Sequence record: OR352942.1
Strand: one strand, 5' to 3'
Source: Escherichia phage AV112
DNA: 64,000 nt
A program made the translations under genes and the position numbers. Of this stretch, positions 32,138 through 42,519 are shown piece by piece; the first letter of the stretch is position 1; the number at the start of each line of letters is the position of its first letter. Under the pieces are notes generated by a model. The model had not been told where the DNA came from and searched no databases. It was given only the letters and a program-made list of their open reading frames with translations.

Positions 32138-32509
32138 TTATTTGATTTTTGTCCACTTAGCTGAATCAATAACACCTTTTGCTTTAATCTTCTCGATTAA
32201 TGCCTCTGCGCGATTTCTGGCATTTTCGTACCATACAACATCTTCGGAGTAACCAGTCTCTTCATCTTCGTAAGTTTTAGAACGAATACAACCATAAACT
32301 GTAGAATTCAGACGGTAAATTTCACCGGTGAAAAAGTTTTCGATTTCGATATGATAACAAAAATCGTCTGAAGGGCCATCAGGAGTTGTACAATAAACTA
32401 CATCGCCTTGAACCGAACGAACCATCCACTGTAACTCGTTAACAACTTGAGATTTATATCCATCATGGTCGCGGCATTTAATTGTAGCATTTAAATTGAT
32501 AGTGTTCAT
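32138..32509 (-). CDS. Hypothetical protein (30.x-region)
   Basis: 123-aa ORF with early promoter upstream. Confidence 0.6.
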   Translation of the reverse strand: MNTINLNATIKCRDHDGYKSQVVNELQWMVRSVQGDVVYCTTPDGPSDDFCYHIEIENFFTGEIYRLNSTVYGCIRSKTYEDEETGYSEDVVWYENARNRAEALIEKIKAKGVIDSAKWTKIK

Positions 32510-32547
32510 TTTATTCTCCGGTTGTTTTATTGATTAGGTGGTACAAG

Positions 32548-32582
32548 TCTATAGTAACACATCCTACAGGAGAGTAAACATC
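32548..32582 (-). promoter_or_regulatory. Early-type promoter GTTTAC-N17-TACTAT
   Basis: Upstream of ORF 32138-32509. Confidence 0.6.
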
Positions 32583-32616
32583 TTTTTTAAACTTTTTCTG
32601 CCATAAACGCACAAAA

Positions 32617-32634
32617 GGGAGACCGAAGTCTCCC
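32617..32634 (-). terminator. Hairpin terminator (GGGAGAC-UUCG-GUCUCCC) after ORF 32640-32819
   Basis: Perfect hairpin then T-run on minus strand. Confidence 0.65.
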
Positions 32635-32639
32635 TAAAA

Positions 32640-32819
32640 TTATGCAGCAACCTTTCCAAAACGAGAAGCATCATCTCGAAGAACTGCACGTGCTCTGCGC
32701 ATGATCTTCTCAACCGTTTGATTAATACGAGAGTTCGACCCACGCTTGTATCCAGCGCGTTTAGAGGTACCATCAACTTTCTTTTCGACTGCTTTCTTTG
32801 CTTTAGCTTGTTTTGCCAT
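32640..32819 (-). CDS. Small lysine-rich basic protein (59 aa)
   Basis: Hand-translated MAKQAKAKKAVEKK...; followed by UUCG hairpin terminator; just below track cutoff. Confidence 0.45.
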   Translation of the reverse strand: MAKQAKAKKAVEKKVDGTSKRAGYKRGSNSRINQTVEKIMRRARAVLRDDASRFGKVAA

Positions 32820-33088
32820 TATAAATTCTCTTTAAATGAAAATGCAGGACTTATTGACATTGCCTGCGCAAGCCCTCAAGGGGAACATAGGTTTTGGATA
32901 TTTAACGACAGGATAACCATAAACCTCGTCATCATACCAACCACGACTTAGACAGATAACCTTTTTCTGACGCGTGATAGTACAAAATACATTCAAGAGG
33001 TACACCGTAAAATTGTCGGGGCGGTACTTCTAAAACATACCGATTCGCAAATCGATAATCAGACAATTCGACGGCTCCTCGATTTAAC

Positions 33089-33337
33089 TTACTTCAGGGT
33101 AATAACAAAATGACGAACTGCTTTACGTGCTGCAGAAGCCAGAGGCTTAGCATATTTCAATTCATCTTTCTGGACCAGGATATCGCGAAGATCGGCTTGT
33201 GCTGGATTCAGATGTTTGAAATACTGTAAGATTTCAAGAGCTTCGGCTTCAACATCAATAGATGCACCGTAATTGTCATGGCCATTATTCCATGCATGGC
33301 GTTGCAGTTCAAGAGCGTGTTGTAATTGTTTAATCAT
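33089..33337 (-). CDS. rIII: rIII lysis inhibition accessory protein
   Basis: 82 aa as in T4 rIII; position upstream of gene 31. Confidence 0.85.
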   Translation of the reverse strand: MIKQLQHALELQRHAWNNGHDNYGASIDVEAEALEILQYFKHLNPAQADLRDILVQKDELKYAKPLASAARKAVRHFVITLK

Positions 33338-33461
33338 TTTAAATTCTCAATTCGAGATAATATTTAGTAGCCACGTTCGTCTGAATTTCACCTTCTTTCG
33401 ACAAGTCTCTCAGTTGTAGGCTACCGCTTAGAAGAGTGTTCTCTTCATATAGTTATTTATA

Positions 33462-33794
33462 TCACTTATAAAGACACGGAATAGCTTTATAGTGGCATGT
33501 TACGAATTTCTGTTTAATTTCTTTAGGTTGTTTAAGACCCAAAGCCACAAATGGATGTGGAACATTTCGAATTTGTCCAACTGGTAGTGGAGTCAAATCA
33601 CCGACTTCAACAAAACCTTCAGGAACATCAGGACCTACAGAATGAACTACACATAGTTCAGGAACTTCACCTTGAACACGTTTACCAATCACAAGTCCTG
33701 ATTCTGTAACTTCTTCATCACCTGCTTGAGCGGGTTCAGAAACCAGAATGACATATTCACCAACAGCACGAATTGGGAGTTGTACTTCAGACAT
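33462..33794 (-). CDS. 31: Co-chaperonin gp31 (GroES analogue)
   Basis: 110 aa; [21 protein letters not shown]... matches T4 gp31. Confidence 0.9.
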   Translation of the reverse strand: MSEVQLPIRAVGEYVILVSEPAQAGDEEVTESGLVIGKRVQGEVPELCVVHSVGPDVPEGFVEVGDLTPLPVGQIRNVPHPFVALGLKQPKEIKQKFVTCHYKAIPCLYK

Positions 33795-33851
33795 CTTATT
33801 TCCTTGTTGTTTGACGATAGATTAATAATACTATACTATTTGTAAAGCATA

Positions 33852-34160
33852 TTACATAAGAAGCAAACGTTCTACCGGAGAGCCATCAACCGAAATTACT
33901 TTATCAAGGCGGAAAGAACGCCACTGACCTAACTTGGTATCGAATGCTCGAACTGATTCACGAGGTTCATAACGAACTTCTGTTGCTGGATTGTTATTTT
34001 CATATTTGACTTCAAGTTCATCGCGCGAAGCAAACATAGTGCGTACCTCGCCGTTAGCCTTTTCAAATACAACACAATGAACGCCTACAGACAGAATAGT
34101 TTTAATACGTTCACGAAGAACCATAGTTTCTTGTTCAGTTAAAATCATATTATTCACCAC
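33852..34160 (-). CDS. Hypothetical protein (31.1-like)
   Basis: 102-aa ORF between 31 and cd. Confidence 0.6.
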   Translation of the reverse strand: MVNNMILTEQETMVLRERIKTILSVGVHCVVFEKANGEVRTMFASRDELEVKYENNNPATEVRYEPRESVRAFDTKLGQWRSFRLDKVISVDGSPVERLLLM

Positions 34161-34731
34161 AAAAGTTTCGGATTTGTTCCCAATTCAGAGAACGAAGATT
34201 ATTACGAGAGTACTGAATTACTTCAATACCGGCTTGTTTTAGAATGTCTGCCCAATTTTCAGGAGATCTGTCATATAATTCTGCGTATACAACCTTTTTA
34301 ATACCTGACTGCGTAATAGCTTTAGTGCAATCAGGACACGGAGAAAGCGTCGTATATAACGTAGCACCTTCAATAGAATTACCTTTACGAGCTGCAAACA
34401 AAATTGCGTTCAGTTCCGCATGGATTTCGTTATTAGCAGACCATGCACTATGAGCCGCTCGATGTTCTTTAGCCAAAACAAAATTATCTGCCCGTCCAAA
34501 TGCCGTAGTGCCTTCTTTATGTCCAGCAACGATGACCGGACTTGGTTTATTCTTCAACCAACCATTTTCAGATGCATGTTCACAACAGTTAATTCCACCT
34601 GCGGGTGAACCATTATATCCAGTAGAGATAATGCGTCCATCTTTTTCAATGACGGCACCAACTTTCCATGAACAACATTTTGATTCTTGAGAAATCAAAT
34701 AAGCAATTTGAAGATACGTGCTAGCTTTCAT
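34150..34731 (-). CDS. cd: dCMP deaminase
   Basis: 193 aa as in T4 Cd; zinc motifs HAELNA and PCPDC. Confidence 0.9.
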   Translation of the reverse strand: MKASTYLQIAYLISQESKCCSWKVGAVIEKDGRIISTGYNGSPAGGINCCEHASENGWLKNKPSPVIVAGHKEGTTAFGRADNFVLAKEHRAAHSAWSANNEIHAELNAILFAARKGNSIEGATLYTTLSPCPDCTKAITQSGIKKVVYAELYDRSPENWADILKQAGIEVIQYSRNNLRSLNWEQIRNFCGE

Positions 34732-35723
34732 TATTGAACCTTATTAATATAAGTTAACAACTCTTTAGTTTGTTCCCAACTGATGCACGCATCGGTAACG
34801 GAAACGCCATAGGACATATTATCAGAAATTTTTTGATTTCCTTCATGTAGGAATGATTCTATCATAATTCCTTTGACCAAATCATTAGCTGCTAAATTTT
34901 TACCAATACCAATTTGATTGCTATAATACCCATCAGCGTTTGCATGGCTACAGTCAACCATTACATAATGATTCAGACCTAATGCACTTGCTTTGTTAGA
35001 AGCTTCTTGAATATCAGAAGAATGATAGTTCGGGCCATTAGTCCCGCCACGCAATACGATATGCGTATTCTGATTACCTTCAGCTTCAACAATGCCTACA
35101 GTACCATCGACATCCATACCCATATACCGATGAGGCCAGGCGGCACTATACATCGCGTCTGTAGCTACTTTAATAGAACCATTGGTTGCGTTCTTGAAGC
35201 CTACGCACATCGGTAGACCTGAAGCAATTTCACGATGTGTCTGACTTTCAGTCGTACGGGCGCCAATAGCAACCCATGAGAAAATACCAGAAAGATACTT
35301 AATCGTGAATGGGTCTAATACTTCAGTTGCTAATGGAAGTCCCATACGTAGAAGTTTACGACACAATGTTCGTGCAACTATAAGACCGTGGTTCATATCA
35401 AAACTTCCGTCAAGATATGGATCATTTACAAGACCTTTCCAACCTACGGTAGTTCGAGGCTTTTCAAAATAAACGCGCATCACTAACAGAACATTAGGAA
35501 GACGAGTTTGAAGTTCAGCCAGACGTTTGCCGTATTCAACAGCAGCAATAGGGTCATGAATTGAACAAGGACCTACAACAATAAGTTTGCGTGGGTCTTC
35601 ACCGTTCATAATCGAATTAACTTGTTCGCGATGAGAAGCCACTTGTGATGCGTAAGCTTCCGACAAAGGAATAATCTCAGCCAGTTCTTTTGGAGAAATA
35701 AGTTTTCTGATGACAGGTAACAT
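34731..35723 (-). CDS. 3-deoxy-D-arabino-heptulosonate 7-phosphate (DAHP) synthase, class I (AroG/F/H-like)
   Basis: 330 aa; motifs VVGPCSIHD, VYFEKPRTTVGWKGL, IGARTTESQ, DCSHAN, EGNQ match E. coli AroG metal/PEP-site motifs; stop overlaps cd start (TAATG). Confidence 0.85.
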   Translation of the reverse strand: MLPVIRKLISPKELAEIIPLSEAYASQVASHREQVNSIMNGEDPRKLIVVGPCSIHDPIAAVEYGKRLAELQTRLPNVLLVMRVYFEKPRTTVGWKGLVNDPYLDGSFDMNHGLIVARTLCRKLLRMGLPLATEVLDPFTIKYLSGIFSWVAIGARTTESQTHREIASGLPMCVGFKNATNGSIKVATDAMYSAAWPHRYMGMDVDGTVGIVEAEGNQNTHIVLRGGTNGPNYHSSDIQEASNKASALGLNHYVMVDCSHANADGYYSNQIGIGKNLAANDLVKGIMIESFLHEGNQKISDNMSYGVSVTDACISWEQTKELLTYINKVQ

Positions 35724-35843
35724 AACAATCCTTAGGAGATATAAACAGATTCTGATTCAACAATACCTTTAACCGGATTAGACAGGCTAAGTTGGTAGTG
35801 CTCAGATTTATGACCATTCATGATAGTAATGAGATAGCTCTCA

Positions 35844-36080
35844 TTATAGTGTTCCATATACTCGAGTTGCTTCAACAAGACCATCACTGCCTAATTTAAG
35901 ATTAGTAATTTGGTCACCATCTTTAGGATTAACGATTATGAGAAAAGAACGAGGAGATTCTTGAATAACTCGTAATGTTGCATCCTGGAAACGTTCAGAC
36001 ACTTTATTGATGAGTGTTTGAGCGAATTCTTTTACTTTAATCTGAAATTCGTGTACTGTAATTGGATTTTCACTTAGCAT
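35844..36080 (-). CDS. Hypothetical protein (cd.x-region)
   Basis: 78-aa ORF with early promoter and GAGGAAA RBS. Confidence 0.55.
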   Translation of the reverse strand: MLSENPITVHEFQIKVKEFAQTLINKVSERFQDATLRVIQESPRSFLIIVNPKDGDQITNLKLGSDGLVEATRVYGTL

Positions 36081-36104
36081 TTCGATTTCCTCATTTTGGT
36101 AGAG

Positions 36105-36139
36105 TTAATCATATCACAACTCTACTGTGTTGTAAACTT
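36105..36139 (-). promoter_or_regulatory. Early-type promoter GTTTAC-N18-TATGAT
   Basis: Upstream of ORF 35844-36080; 8-bp inverted repeat flanks the -10. Confidence 0.55.
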
Positions 36140-36413
36140 AAATTGCAAAACATTTAATTTCTTGTGAATCGAAATCAACTTCACATTGAATTACTAGATC
36201 AGCGTCAAGTCCAAACACAACAATCACATGAGCCGAGCTTGGCAACAGTGTAACAGACACAGAATCCACTTGGTCTGGCACCAGCGTATTCAAAACGTAG
36301 AGTAGTTCAGAGTGGATCTTAAGCTCGGTGGCCGTATCCGGCTTATCAAAGAAATGATTTGCGATAATCTGACTAAAAACTACCTTTACAATTTCAGAAT
36401 ATTTAGGGAACAT
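36138..36413 (-). CDS. Hypothetical protein (cd.x-region)
   Basis: 91-aa ORF. Confidence 0.55.
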   Translation of the reverse strand: MFPKYSEIVKVVFSQIIANHFFDKPDTATELKIHSELLYVLNTLVPDQVDSVSVTLLPSSAHVIVVFGLDADLVIQCEVDFDSQEIKCFAI

Positions 36414-36420
36414 AATTACC

Positions 36421-36645
36421 TCAGTGCACAGTATTTACTTTAACTCGAACAACAAATCGCTCGGTTGGTTCACCTACAGGAACAAACTCTACATGATATT
36501 CACCTTTGTAACGAGTATTCAGGTCGTTACGAATTTCGGTAAGCTTGTTGATTAATGTAGAACTCATATTAAGTCCCACTAGTTTACGAAGCATTTTGTA
36601 TGCTTCATCTTCGATTTCATGATGTTTATCGTACATAGTTTTCAT
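36421..36645 (-). CDS. Hypothetical protein (cd.x-region)
   Basis: 74-aa ORF. Confidence 0.55.
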   Translation of the reverse strand: MKTMYDKHHEIEDEAYKMLRKLVGLNMSSTLINKLTEIRNDLNTRYKGEYHVEFVPVGEPTERFVVRVKVNTVH

Positions 36646-36816
36646 TTAACCATTCAATTGCCTGGTCGACGTTATCAAATATACTGCCGTCCAACCATTC
36701 TTCATGTTCATAGTCCAGCACATCAATACCGAACCGTCCATTTACTAAAGGCCATACTACAAACAAATATTCTTTATGCTGTTCGATGGCCTCAATCACT
36801 TCATATAATCGTTTCA

Positions 36817-36817
<1 letters not shown>
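36626..36817 (-). CDS. Hypothetical acidic protein (cd.x-region)
   Basis: 63-aa ORF overlapping pseT stop. Confidence 0.5.
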
Positions 36818-37903
<1,086 letters not shown>

Positions 37904-37904
<1 letters not shown>

Positions 37905-38203
37905 TATTTTATTCCTAAGAAAATTTCAAGAATACGAATGTTATGCTCGCGCCGGTCTTTATTAATTTCAGCAACGTTTTTATTAATTGACGTACTTCTA
38001 ACGTTTGAAGAAATAAATTTAATCATATGACTTTTGAGTTGTTGCAAATCCAACCCTTTTTCTTTAGCAGCTTTACGAAGAGCTTTACCTGCTTCATCTA
38101 GTGCCTTTGCTGCATCTTTGTCATAATTGCCAAGTGACATTCCACGGCAGATATCAATATACTCATCAGACCGTTTGATGTAATTCTCTAGTAATGTTTT
38201 CAT
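37904..38203 (-). CDS. Hypothetical protein
   Basis: 99-aa ORF with perfect early promoter upstream. Confidence 0.55.
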
Positions 38204-38225
38204 TTAGATTTCCTCAATTATCCAT

Positions 38226-38262
38226 AGGAGCATTATACTCTGCTCCTGAGAGTTTGTAAACT
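38226..38262 (-). promoter_or_regulatory. Early promoter GTTTAC-N18-TATAAT
   Basis: Perfect -10; 7-bp inverted repeat AGGAGCA/TGCTCCT brackets the -10. Confidence 0.65.
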
Positions 38263-38485
38263 ATTTTACTAAAGATTCAATATACTCGTGAAGGGCTTTA
38301 GTCGCTACTGCCCACTTATTCTGATATTCATTTTTCAGATTAGCACGAGACTGAACTAACAAGCGGTCATTAGTCGGAGGCAAAGATTCTAATCGTTGAA
38401 TCTGTCGCCCATAAATCATAGCCGCCATTTCAGATTCATAGATAAGCCCTTTAATGTATTCATGCTGTTCTTTAGTCATTGGCAT
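38261..38485 (-). CDS. Hypothetical protein (pseT.1-like position)
   Basis: 74-aa ORF downstream of spanin pair. Confidence 0.55.
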   Translation of the reverse strand: MPMTKEQHEYIKGLIYESEMAAMIYGRQIQRLESLPPTNDRLLVQSRANLKNEYQNKWAVATKALHEYIESLVK

Positions 38486-38766
38486 TTTTCCTCTTTTAAA
38501 CCACTACGATAATAACATAACATAGTCTTCTGGTCATGTATATATCTTTTTACGTCGTTTAACCAGATACGAAATTCTTGAGAGTCTTCAAATGGCATTC
38601 CAACCCATGGATTACCATCAATAACCTTTACTTGCCATTTCTGGTTATATTCAACAATAGATTCAGGCCATGGCGGATGTAAAGTTTCTTTAGGGCTTAA
38701 GGGCACATCCTGGGCACATCCAGCCAAAATACCAATAGATAATACAACTGTGGTTAATTTAATCAT
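38476..38766 (-). CDS. Outer-membrane spanin (lipoprotein; T4 PseT.2-like)
   Basis: 96 aa; signal peptide plus lipobox LAGC; immediately downstream of and overlapping the i-spanin ORF. Confidence 0.75.
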   Translation of the reverse strand: MIKLTTVVLSIGILAGCAQDVPLSPKETLHPPWPESIVEYNQKWQVKVIDGNPWVGMPFEDSQEFRIWLNDVKRYIHDQKTMLCYYRSGLKEEKCQ

Positions 38767-39119
38767 TCTGAGAGCTTCCTGAGGTCTTCTGCAAAGGAAT
38801 CGAAGGACTTGTTGATTTGTTTTTCGACCAATCCTGGTTTACTTGCCACCACGTTCTTCTTCTTCGAATCCTTACGGAGCTTTTCATTTTCGGCCTTAAG
38901 TTGGTCAACTAAAACACGGTTCTTATAAATCATTTCTTCGATTGACTGATATTGAACCTTGAAGTCGTCTAATACTTTAGCATTGTTTTTAGCAGTCTCT
39001 TTAACAGAAGCTAATTCATTATTCAACGAATCAACTTTGTTGTTTAAGACAACTATTGTTAGCGTAGAAACTAGAGCAAAAGCTGCTACCATAGCATAAA
39101 TCGGATTTACTTTAAGCAT
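38763..39119 (-). CDS. Inner-membrane spanin (type II membrane coiled-coil; T4 PseT.3-like)
   Basis: 118 aa; N-terminal TM helix then coiled-coil-like Lys/Glu-rich region; paired with lipoprotein ORF. Confidence 0.7.
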   Translation of the reverse strand: MLKVNPIYAMVAAFALVSTLTIVVLNNKVDSLNNELASVKETAKNNAKVLDDFKVQYQSIEEMIYKNRVLVDQLKAENEKLRKDSKKKNVVASKPGLVEKQINKSFDSFAEDLRKLSE

Positions 39120-39607
39120 GTTTTAATAATCTCAATGATTTCATCTCGGGATAATCCATTGATAAGAACGGTTTTCGGACCATCACACTGGATTTTGTAC
39201 GATTCAAACAATACACACAACTCTTCTGCTGTATGATACGGACTTGAAATTCCGAGGCGATTGAATTTGTCGGTAAGAGGGTCGCAAATAATGTAGAATT
39301 TTATACCTGAGATATGTACGTTTGGTTGACTAATATTAATGAACACATTAGCGTCATATTTAGTCAAATTGTTTTGAAGAAATTCTACCATGGCATTAAC
39401 TGCTTCCGGCATCGCTTCACGTTTCTCTTCGGTGTAACGTGTTGAATATTCCTTTTGCTTTAACTTCTTTTTAGCATTTTTCGCTAGAGTAGTACGAAGG
39501 TCCGTAAGATAACCAACTGCACGGCCTTTCTTAAAGACTCGGATTCCATCTGTAGAATCACCAAATGCTGCCACAACCATATCGTTAGTAATCAATTGCA
39601 TATTCAT
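39107..39607 (-). CDS. alc: Alc, inhibitor of host transcription
   Basis: Trimmed to ATG with GAGGAG RBS giving about 166 aa (T4 Alc 167); between spanins and rnlA as in T4. Confidence 0.7.
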   Translation of the reverse strand: MNMQLITNDMVVAAFGDSTDGIRVFKKGRAVGYLTDLRTTLAKNAKKKLKQKEYSTRYTEEKREAMPEAVNAMVEFLQNNLTKYDANVFINISQPNVHISGIKFYIICDPLTDKFNRLGISSPYHTAEELCVLFESYKIQCDGPKTVLINGLSRDEIIEIIKTCLK

Positions 39608-39633
39608 AATTTTCTCCTCGTGTTGTTGATAAA

Positions 39634-39668
39634 AGCCATAGTAACACCTTCCTTGGTGTTTGTAAACC
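39634..39668 (-). promoter_or_regulatory. Early-type promoter GTTTAC-N18-TACTAT (alc)
   Basis: Located in 3' end of rnlA, upstream of alc start. Confidence 0.55.
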
Positions 39669-39669
39669 A

Positions 39670-40803
<1,134 letters not shown>

Positions 40804-40851
40804 TCAGTTAGTTTTTTTTTAAATTGTACCACAATCCTTGTGGCATGTAAA

Positions 40852-41262
40852 CTACTTTTTCTTATGTTGGATATTCCAAGGCGGGTTGAACTTTTTGATA
40901 AAAAGCGGTTCTTCAAGGTCCATTGTTGCGATGGTCATTGAACCAAGTTCGTTGGTGACTGAAAGGTCAAAACATTGGCGGGCCCAGAATTCAACCTTTT
41001 TGCCTTGCATTAAGGCATCCAAAATCATAAGTGATTTTCTTGAATCTGAAGTCTGGTCTTTTCGATTTATGGCTGTTCGATAATAGTTAATGCGTTTCTT
41101 TAAATTCTTGGTTTTACCAATATACACAAGCTCGTCATCTATAGCAATAGCGTATATGACATTTTTCTTATTAGGGACATCAACTGTTTTAATTGTTGCA
41201 TCTTCTAATAGCTCCAATTCTGTATATTTAATAAAGGAATATTCGGCGGCAATATCTTTCAT
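40852..41262 (-). CDS. denA: Endonuclease II (GIY-YIG)
   Basis: 136 aa as in T4 EndoII; GIY-YIG-like IYAIAIDDELVYIGKT. Confidence 0.85.
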   Translation of the reverse strand: MKDIAAEYSFIKYTELELLEDATIKTVDVPNKKNVIYAIAIDDELVYIGKTKNLKKRINYYRTAINRKDQTSDSRKSLMILDALMQGKKVEFWARQCFDLSVTNELGSMTIATMDLEEPLFIKKFNPPWNIQHKKK

Positions 41263-41270
41263 AATAAAGT

Positions 41271-41285
41271 GGGACCGAAGTCCCG
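41271..41285 (-). other. Intercistronic UUCG hairpin between nrdB and denA
   Basis: GGGAC-UUCG-GUCCC on minus strand, no U-run. Confidence 0.5.
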
Positions 41286-41288
41286 TCC

Positions 41289-42467
41289 TTAGAAATATTT
41301 TTTGTATGAATTGATTACATTTTGGTCTACATCATTATCAATTTGTGCGACAAGATAAGAACTGATTTCAACTTCCTGAGGAGCTGCTTGAACTAAATCA
41401 GAGTTCAGATATTCACGAATCCAAGGATACGGATGCTTGGTCGGAGCATCAGTGATTGGGCAGGGTAAACCACACTGTTTCATACGAGACACAGTCAAGT
41501 AATCAACAAAAGCACACATACTCTGCGTATTGATACCTGGACATGTACCGTCTTTAAAGAGGTGTGCAGCCCATTCCTTCTCTTGACTATTTACTTCCAT
41601 AAAAATGCCAACTGCTTCTTGTTCACATTCTTTAGCAATTTGAACCCACTCATCACCGTCAGTACCAGATTGAAGTTGACGGATAATGTACTGAGTACCC
41701 TTGAGGTGGAGTTGTTCGTCACGAGCAATGAACTTCATAATCTTTGCATTACCTTCCATAATTTCCATATTTTTATGGAAGTTGAAAGTACATGCGAAAG
41801 ATACATAAAAACGAATAGCTTCCAAGGCGTTAATTACATGAAGGCAAAGATAAAGAGATTTCATTAGCTCACGCTTCCAATATGTCTCATGCTCAATAGC
41901 ATCTTCAATAACGTCTTCGTCTGCATTAATTTCTTTTTGGTATTTGATATCAGCTTTAGCGTTTTCCCAATAACGAGTTTTAACCAGAACATCATCGTAA
42001 TATTTACCTATTGATTCAGCTCGTTTCATGATTGCTTCGTCTAATACAATCTCATCAAATACCTTAGACGGATCGGTATAAAGATTTCGCATAATATGAG
42101 TATACGAACGAGAGTGAATAGTTTCACTGAATGTCCATGTTGCAACCCACGTATCTAATGAAGGGTCAGAAATCAGTGCCATAAGTACCGCAGATGGGGC
42201 CCTGCCTTGGATAGAATCTAATAATGATTGATACTTAAGATTGTTTGTAAAGATGTCCTGTTGGAACTGAGGAAGCTTATTGAACTGTGCAGAGTCCAAC
42301 ATCAAGTTTACCTCTTCGGGACGCCAGAAAAATGACAAGGATTTTTCTATAAGTTCTTCAAAAACTTTATGACGCTGAATATCATACCGGGCGAGGCCGA
42401 GACCAGAACCAAAGAACATCGGTTCATTCAAAACATCAACTTGTTGTGTGTTAAAAACTGTACTCAT
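41289..42467 (-). CDS. nrdB: Ribonucleotide reductase small subunit (uninterrupted, no intron)
   Basis: Matches E. coli NrdB motifs (LKYQSLLDSIQGR, FSETIHSRSYTHI, NALEAIRFYVSFAC); track ORF starts at GTG, trimmed to first ATG. Confidence 0.95.
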   Translation of the reverse strand: MSTVFNTQQVDVLNEPMFFGSGLGLARYDIQRHKVFEELIEKSLSFFWRPEEVNLMLDSAQFNKLPQFQQDIFTNNLKYQSLLDSIQGRAPSAVLMALISDPSLDTWVATWTFSETIHSRSYTHIMRNLYTDPSKVFDEIVLDEAIMKRAESIGKYYDDVLVKTRYWENAKADIKYQKEINADEDVIEDAIEHETYWKRELMKSLYLCLHVINALEAIRFYVSFACTFNFHKNMEIMEGNAKIMKFIARDEQLHLKGTQYIIRQLQSGTDGDEWVQIAKECEQEAVGIFMEVNSQEKEWAAHLFKDGTCPGINTQSMCAFVDYLTVSRMKQCGLPCPITDAPTKHPYPWIREYLNSDLVQAAPQEVEISSYLVAQIDNDVDQNVINSYKKYF

Positions 42468-42519
42468 TATATTTCTCACTTAGTTTAACTCATCCATGAG
42501 TAAATTATAATCAAAAGTC

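Noticed and set aside
32564-32776. 70-aa track ORF on the minus strand
   Set aside because: A different frame in the same stretch (32640-32819) gives a lysine-rich protein with a proper ATG and a downstream terminator; the track ORF is taken as a shadow of it.
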